Of a stretch of DNA of 32,000 bases, positions 27,248 through 32,000 are shown in pieces. Every line of letters begins with the position of its first letter. Within the stretch, counting starts at the first letter, position 1. Both the position numbers and the translations under genes were made by a program. The notes under the pieces were generated by a model. It worked only from the letters and a program-made list of their open reading frames with translations, made no database searches and had not been told where the DNA came from. Origin of the DNA: Synechocystis sp. PCC 6803 substr. PCC-P (lineage in GTDB: Bacteria > Cyanobacteriota > Cyanobacteriia > Cyanobacteriales > Microcystaceae); assembly GCF_000284455.1 (NCBI RefSeq), contig NC_017039.1, positions 3,270,001 to 3,302,000 of the forward strand, given 5' to 3'.

Positions 27248-27541
27248 ATGCAAGCACAAACTTTCTCCCACCTCCATAGCCAGAGTTCTCAACGAACTAC
27301 CGAGGTAACCCTTTACCTAACTATTCCCGAAAGCTATCGTCAAGAACCGATTGTCACCCAACTGGTGAGCCGTTACCAACTCCAGGTAAATATCCTCGCG
27401 GCAACTTTGGGCACTAACGGCGGTCAAGGTCAATTTAAACTAACTTTAATTGGCCATGCCCAAGCAATTAATAACGCCCTAGCTTACCTAGAGCAATTGC
27501 AAGTCACCATAGTTTTAGACCAGGAGTCCGACGGCTGGTAA
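27248..27541 (+). CDS. Stand-alone NIL-domain-like small protein (97 aa)
   Basis: The core, LYLTIPESYRQEPIVTQLVSRYQLQVNILAATLGTNGGQGQFKLTLIGHAQAINNALAYLEQLQV, resembles the NIL/ferredoxin-like domain at the C-terminus of MetN-type ATPases. Its stop is 1 nt before the cysT ATG (TAAcATG). Confidence 0.6.
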   Translation: MQAQTFSHLHSQSSQRTTEVTLYLTIPESYRQEPIVTQLVSRYQLQVNILAATLGTNGGQGQFKLTLIGHAQAINNALAYLEQLQVTIVLDQESDGW

Positions 27542-27542
27542 C

Positions 27543-28403
27543 ATGACCACAAATCTTCCTTTTTCTTCCCCGTCTAAACAACTCAATAGGTTTAGTTTTT
27601 GGCAATCTATTTCTATACCCTGGGTAGTAACAATTATTTATCTGTTACTAATTTTGGTATTACCCATTGCAGCTCTCTTAGTTAAATCTGCCTCCTTGGG
27701 TTTAGAAGGATTTTGGCAAATTGCCACCACTCCTATCGCCATTTCCACCTATAACGTCACCTTTATCACGGCTCTGGCGGCAGGGCTGGTCAACGGTGTA
27801 ATGGGCACTTTAGTGGCATGGGTGCTAGTCCGCTGTCAATTTCCAGGCAAAAAAATTGTTGATGCCATGGTGGATTTACCCTTTGCTCTGCCCACCTCCG
27901 TTGCTGGTTTAGTGTTGGCTACTTTGTATAGTCAAACGGGTTGGGTAGGTCGCTTTTTTGCTCCATTTGGCATTCAAATAGCTTTCAGTCGCCTGGGGGT
28001 ATTTGTGGCTATGGTTTTCATTTCCCTGCCTTTTATTGTGCGAACTCTACAGCCAGTTTTACAGGAGTTGGAAGAAGAGGCAGAGGAAGCAGCATGGTCC
28101 TTAGGGGCAACGGAATTCCAAACTTTTTGGCGGGTAATTTTTCCCCCTTTAATTCCGCCGATTTTAACAGGGATTGCTTTGGGGTTTTCCAGGGCAGTGG
28201 GGGAATATGGCTCGGTGGTTTTAATTGCTTCCAATATTCCTTTTAAAGATCTGATTGCCCCGGTGTTAGTGTTTGAGCGGTTGGAACAATATGATTATCC
28301 TGCTGCAACGGTAATTGGGGCAGTACTGTTATCTGTTTCTCTGATTTTATTGCTAATTATTAACCTACTGCAACAATGGGGTCGCCGCTATGCTAACGAT
28401 TAA
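27543..28403 (+). CDS. cysT: Sulfate ABC transporter permease
   Basis: 286 aa and multi-TM. The EAA loop is EEAAWSLGATEFQTFWRVIFP. Confidence 0.9.
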   Translation: MTTNLPFSSPSKQLNRFSFWQSISIPWVVTIIYLLLILVLPIAALLVKSASLGLEGFWQIATTPIAISTYNVTFITALAAGLVNGVMGTLVAWVLVRCQFPGKKIVDAMVDLPFALPTSVAGLVLATLYSQTGWVGRFFAPFGIQIAFSRLGVFVAMVFISLPFIVRTLQPVLQELEEEAEEAAWSLGATEFQTFWRVIFPPLIPPILTGIALGFSRAVGEYGSVVLIASNIPFKDLIAPVLVFERLEQYDYPAATVIGAVLLSVSLILLLIINLLQQWGRRYAND

Positions 28404-29220
28404 TTTACCGAAAACTTTTAAAGTTAAATATCTACTCATTGCCCTAGCTTTATTTTATTTAATTTTAGTTTTACTACTGCCGGCGATCGCCGTTTTTTAT
28501 GAGGCTTTTCATAAAGGAGTAGAGCCATTTATACAAGCTATGGGAGATCGAAATTTTCAGTCGGCCCTGCAATTAACCGTTGTCATGGCGCTGATTTCCG
28601 TTCCTTTGAACACGGTATTTGGTCTCTGTGCCGCTTGGGTTTTAGCCCGCAATCAATTTCCCGGTCGAGCCTTATTTTTAAGCGTTTTAGATTTACCTTT
28701 CTCCATCTCTCCCGTAGTCGCAGGTTTAATGATTGTTCTCCTCTACGGCAAAAATGGCTGGATCGGTAGCTGGTTTGCTAGCTGGGATATTCAGATTATT
28801 TTTTCTGTGCCCGGCATGGCGATCGCCACTATTTTTGTTACCTTGCCCTTCGTGGCCAGGGAAGTAATTCCCGTACTAGAAGAATTGGGACCAGAACAGG
28901 AGGAAGCGGCCCGCACTTTAGGGGCTAAAGATTGGCAAATTTTCTGGCGGGTTACCTTACCCAATATTCGCTGGGGCTTACTTTATGGAGTTCTGTTAAC
29001 CAATGCTCGGGCCATGGGAGAGTTTGGCGCAGTGGCGGTGGTTTCCGGCAGTATTCTGGGCAAAACCAGTACATTACCTATTTTTGTGGAGCAGGAATAC
29101 AAAAACTATCAAACGGAAGCGGCCTTTGGGGCAGCGGTGGTATTAGCTTTATTGGCAGTGGTGACCCTAGTTCTAAAGGAAATTTTAGAGCAGCGCACCG
29201 GGCATCATAAAGCTGTTTAA
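28390..29220 (+). CDS. cysW: Sulfate ABC transporter permease
   Basis: 276 aa and multi-TM. The EAA loop is EEAARTLGAKDWQIFWRVTLP. Its first 14 nt overlap the end of cysT. Confidence 0.9.
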   Translation: MLTINLPKTFKVKYLLIALALFYLILVLLLPAIAVFYEAFHKGVEPFIQAMGDRNFQSALQLTVVMALISVPLNTVFGLCAAWVLARNQFPGRALFLSVLDLPFSISPVVAGLMIVLLYGKNGWIGSWFASWDIQIIFSVPGMAIATIFVTLPFVAREVIPVLEELGPEQEEAARTLGAKDWQIFWRVTLPNIRWGLLYGVLLTNARAMGEFGAVAVVSGSILGKTSTLPIFVEQEYKNYQTEAAFGAAVVLALLAVVTLVLKEILEQRTGHHKAV

Positions 29221-29381
29221 CCTTTCACTTTCCCTGCCAAATTTCCGGGAAACTAAATAAAAGTACCAGGTATTACTGGAACTGCGGAGGGGACAGACCA
29301 AAATTTTGTCAACATAGCCTGAAACTAACACCATTTTTGAGTTTGACAATCTAACTTCTCTTATATTTAACTGAGGACATC

Positions 29382-30449
29382 ATGAGTATTATTATTAATA
29401 ACGTTTCTAAACAATTTGGCGATTTTACTGCTTTAAAAGATATTAACCTAGAAGTTCCCGATGGTAAGTTAGTTGCCTTATTGGGCCCTTCCGGTTCCGG
29501 AAAATCAACTTTGCTCAGGGCGATCGCCGGATTGGAAGAGCCGGATCAAGGGCAAATTATTATTAATGGTCAGGATGCCACCCATGTGGATATTCGTAAG
29601 CGCAACATTGGTTTTGTTTTTCAGCACTACGCTTTGTTTAAACATTTAACTATTCGACAAAATATTGCTTTTGGTTTGGAAATTCGCAAGCATCCCCCAG
29701 CGAAAACTAAGGAAAGGGTGGAGGAATTACTTTCATTAATCCAATTGGAAGGTTTAGGTAATCGTTACCCCTCCCAACTCTCTGGCGGCCAACGGCAACG
29801 GGTAGCCTTAGCCAGGGCTTTAGCAGTACAACCCCAGGTTTTATTATTAGATGAACCATTTGGGGCTCTGGATGCTAAAGTACGGAAAGAATTGCGGGCT
29901 TGGCTGCGAAAATTACATGATGAAGTGCATCTAACCAGCGTGTTTGTTACCCATGACCAGGAAGAGGCTATGGAAGTGGCGGATGAAATTGTGGTGATGA
30001 GTAATGGCAAAATCGAGCAAGTGGGCACTGCAGAAGAAATTTATGAGCACCCTGCCAGTCCTTTTGTGATGGGTTTCATTGGCGAAGTTAATGTTTTACC
30101 CCGTAATGCTTCCCTCTTTAACTACCACGCTTTTGAACCCCACTCCAGCAATAATGGGCATCAAGAGCCGGTTTTTGTCCGACCCCATGATTTTGAATTG
30201 TTAACGGAAGCGGACGATGCCAGCGTAGCGGGGACCATCAAAAGAGTTATTCACCTCGGTTCAGAAATCCAGGTGGAAGTATTGCTAATGGATAACACCG
30301 CTGTGCTTGCTTACCTAAACCGGGAACAAGGGCAACAGCTTAATCCTAAAGCTGGAAAAAAAGTATTTATTAAGCCCCGGGTCGCTAAGGTTTTTGCTGG
30401 AGCTTCTTCCGCGGCTTCTACCCATTTTATTTATGGTACGGGTATCTAA
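29382..30449 (+). CDS. cysA: Sulfate ABC transporter ATP-binding protein
   Basis: 355 aa. Motifs are Walker [10 protein letters not shown], signature LSGGQRQR, Walker B LLLDEPF and the H-loop THD. A C-terminal ~110-aa regulatory (TOBE-like) extension follows. A GAGGA Shine-Dalgarno sequence precedes the ATG. Confidence 0.92.
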   Translation: MSIIINNVSKQFGDFTALKDINLEVPDGKLVALLGPSGSGKSTLLRAIAGLEEPDQGQIIINGQDATHVDIRKRNIGFVFQHYALFKHLTIRQNIAFGLEIRKHPPAKTKERVEELLSLIQLEGLGNRYPSQLSGGQRQRVALARALAVQPQVLLLDEPFGALDAKVRKELRAWLRKLHDEVHLTSVFVTHDQEEAMEVADEIVVMSNGKIEQVGTAEEIYEHPASPFVMGFIGEVNVLPRNASLFNYHAFEPHSSNNGHQEPVFVRPHDFELLTEADDASVAGTIKRVIHLGSEIQVEVLLMDNTAVLAYLNREQGQQLNPKAGKKVFIKPRVAKVFAGASSAASTHFIYGTGI

Positions 30450-30638
30450 ATAAACTATTTTAAACTGGATCTATAAGCTCCAATGCCCTGGGGAGTAACT
30501 GAAAGGAAACGAAAAAATAATCTTCTTCCTATTCTATTCCTTCTGATTGAGTAACCAGGACTTTTGGGTACGCTTTCGATTAGAAGTGTGAGGAAAGAGG
30601 TTTGCTTTCCCCCTGTTTAGTAATCCATCCCTAGAGCC

Positions 30639-31166
30639 GTGAACTCATCTAAGACCGCATTCAGAGGTCATAATGTTTTTTTGCTCCGCCATGCCCTGGC
30701 ATGCTCGACGGGATTCACCTTGCTGGAAATATTAGTTGTTGTGATCGTTATTGGTATTCTAGGGGCGATCGCCGTGCCGAACTTGCTGGCCCAAGTAGAC
30801 AAGGCTAGGTACTCGGAAGCGAAAACCCAGATGAGCTGTATGGCCAAGGAATTAACGGTGTATCGCTATGAACATGGCACTTTTCCCCCGGATGTGAACC
30901 GTAATATTAAACCAGCAGGAATTGAGTGCTTTTACACCCGACAGAGTGGCCAGGTTCCTTTTGATTCCCAATACGATTACGATCGCCACGGTTCCCAGTG
31001 TTACGCCCATATTTCTTTCTTTGGCAAGGACGGAGAAAGGGATGCCCCCACTGCTGGCTCACCGGTATATCCTAATCCTGGACTTTACGATCACAGTGAA
31101 ACGAACCCCAACTCCGACGACTGGGTTTATAGTCTTGGTTTAAATCCGGGAGGCATCGAATGTTAA
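30639..31166 (+). CDS. pilA4: Type IV pilin-like (prepilin) protein
   Basis: The prepilin peptidase site and N-methylation motif are present (STG|FTLLEILVVVIVIGILGAIAVPN, with Glu at +5). The leader is long (~24 aa) and the start is GTG. The symbol is from memory of Synechocystis slr1456. Confidence 0.7.
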   Translation: MNSSKTAFRGHNVFLLRHALACSTGFTLLEILVVVIVIGILGAIAVPNLLAQVDKARYSEAKTQMSCMAKELTVYRYEHGTFPPDVNRNIKPAGIECFYTRQSGQVPFDSQYDYDRHGSQCYAHISFFGKDGERDAPTAGSPVYPNPGLYDHSETNPNSDDWVYSLGLNPGGIEC

Positions 31167-31325
31167 CTCGGTCTTCATAGCTGTGCCATCACAAAGGCTG
31201 GGGTCAGTTGATGTTGGCCATTAAAATTTTCTCTGTTTGCCAATTGTCCATAGGTTAGCGATTACCTTAGGGTAAAACTTTGTTGTAGTTTCCGTTGGTT
31301 ATTGATCGTGAGTAATGAAGCCCCG

Positions 31326-32000
31326 ATGGAAACTATCCCGGTGGACTATGGCACTTTAACGCCTCCGCAAAAATGGCAACGATTGCAGGAGTTGGCCTAT
31401 TTATTTTTGCGGTTAGGACTGTTTTCCTTTGGCGGCCCTGCGGCCCACACCGCCATGATGGAGGAAGAAGTGGTGCGGCGACAACAATGGCTCAGCCACG
31501 AAAAATTTTTAGATTTGATTGGGGTGACCAATTTAATCCCCGGGCCTAATTCTACTGAGTTAGCCATTCACCTGGGCTATGAGCGGGGCAAATGGGCAGG
31601 TTTGATCATTGGCGGAGTTGCCTTTATTTTGCCGGCCATGGTAGTGGTCTGGTTATTGGCGATCGCCTATGTTCATTACCAGTCAGTGCCAGCGGTGGGC
31701 CATATGCTCTATGGCATCCAACCAATGATCATTCCCCTGATTGGCCAAGCTTTATGGAAATTGGGTCGGAAAGCACTAAAAAATCCCCTCACCATTGGGG
31801 CGGCGGTGTTGGTCATGGTGGGGACGGCCTGGGGAAAGCCGGAAATTTTACTATTACTGCTGGCGGGCTTAGCCCTGGTGTTGATCCAAATTGGGCGGGG
31901 ACGTTTTCAATCTTTACCGCTGATTTTTTTACCCCTAGGTCAAATCGCTCCAGCCCCGGCGTTACCAGTAACAATCATCAACCCTTGGTCCGTGTTTGGC
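31326..32000 (+). CDS. chrA: Chromate transporter ChrA family protein (5' partial, runs off the window)
   Basis: This ORF is not in the supplied track because no stop falls inside the window. I translated it by hand: METIPVDYGTLTPPQKWQRLQELAYLFLRLGLFSFGGPAAHTAMMEEEVVRRQQWLSHEKFLDLIGVTNLIPGPNSTELAIHLGY... The FGGP...NL.PGP.s motifs are typical of the CHR family. An alternative in-frame GTG start is at 31308. Confidence 0.8.
   Translation, partial: METIPVDYGTLTPPQKWQRLQELAYLFLRLGLFSFGGPAAHTAMMEEEVVRRQQWLSHEKFLDLIGVTNLIPGPNSTELAIHLGYERGKWAGLIIGGVAFILPAMVVVWLLAIAYVHYQSVPAVGHMLYGIQPMIIPLIGQALWKLGRKALKNPLTIGAAVLVMVGTAWGKPEILLLLLAGLALVLIQIGRGRFQSLPLIFLPLGQIAPAPALPVTIINPWSVFG

Larger units (their letters stand above)
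1..32000. repeat. Dispersed HIP1 octamer palindrome GCGATCGC (about 30 copies)
   Basis: My hand count finds perfect copies near 205, 1497, 3442, 3616, 4027, 7622, 8261, 8851, 9388, 9955, 11027, 12003, 13414, 15183, 15917, 16384, 16584, 19504, 19636, 20270, 20644, 23483, 24157, 24832, 28484, 28820, 29519, 30766 and 31660. About 0.5 copies would be expected for a random 8-mer palindrome in 32 kb. Confidence 0.9.

Noticed and set aside
1-32000. A search for CRISPR arrays, IS elements or transposases, integrases, phage genes, restriction-modification or other defence-island signatures, and rRNA genes.
   Set aside because: None of the ORF translations shows DDE/HUH transposase, tyrosine or serine recombinase, Cas, methyltransferase or nuclease signatures that I can recognise. 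No regularly spaced direct repeats were seen. Apart from the small TA-like cassette, the window reads as housekeeping and core metabolism.

Overview
This window looks like ordinary core chromosome of a unicellular cyanobacterium. From memory, gene content and order match Synechocystis sp. PCC 6803; that and any locus tags I quote cannot be verified here. I support about 31 protein-coding genes, one tRNA-Leu(UAA), a few hairpins or terminators, one well-formed NtcA-type promoter, and about 30 copies of the HIP1 octamer GCGATCGC. Recognisable genes, in order:
- an FGGY sugar kinase
- a small AT-rich toxin-antitoxin-like cassette
- an M1 aminopeptidase N with a HEAT-repeat tail
- gap2, then murC-murB
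- bacterioferritin bfrA and recR
- the two-domain arginine dihydrolase argZ
- a membrane-anchored GTPase
- a GAF/histidine-kinase-like protein and a SWIM zinc-finger protein
- the OmpR-type regulator rre37 and an IMPase-family phosphatase
- a Crp/Fnr-like regulator transcribed divergently from the sulfate ABC transporter cluster (sbpA, NIL-domain ORF, cysT, cysW, cysA)
- a pilin-like gene (pilA4) and the 5' part of chrA
I found no rRNA, CRISPR array, transposase, integrase or phage genes. I do not see a convincing undescribed multi-gene system. The most checkable leads are:
- the three-gene HicB-like/DUF4258/small-ORF cassette at 1336-2058
- the stand-alone NIL-domain ORF translationally coupled to cysT
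- the Crp-like gene and repeat-bearing AT-rich region upstream of sbpA
- the apparently degenerate kinase and atypical receiver pair near an NtcA-type promoter
- two convergent gene pairs with overlapping 3' ends
All homology calls come from reading motifs by eye, not from searches.
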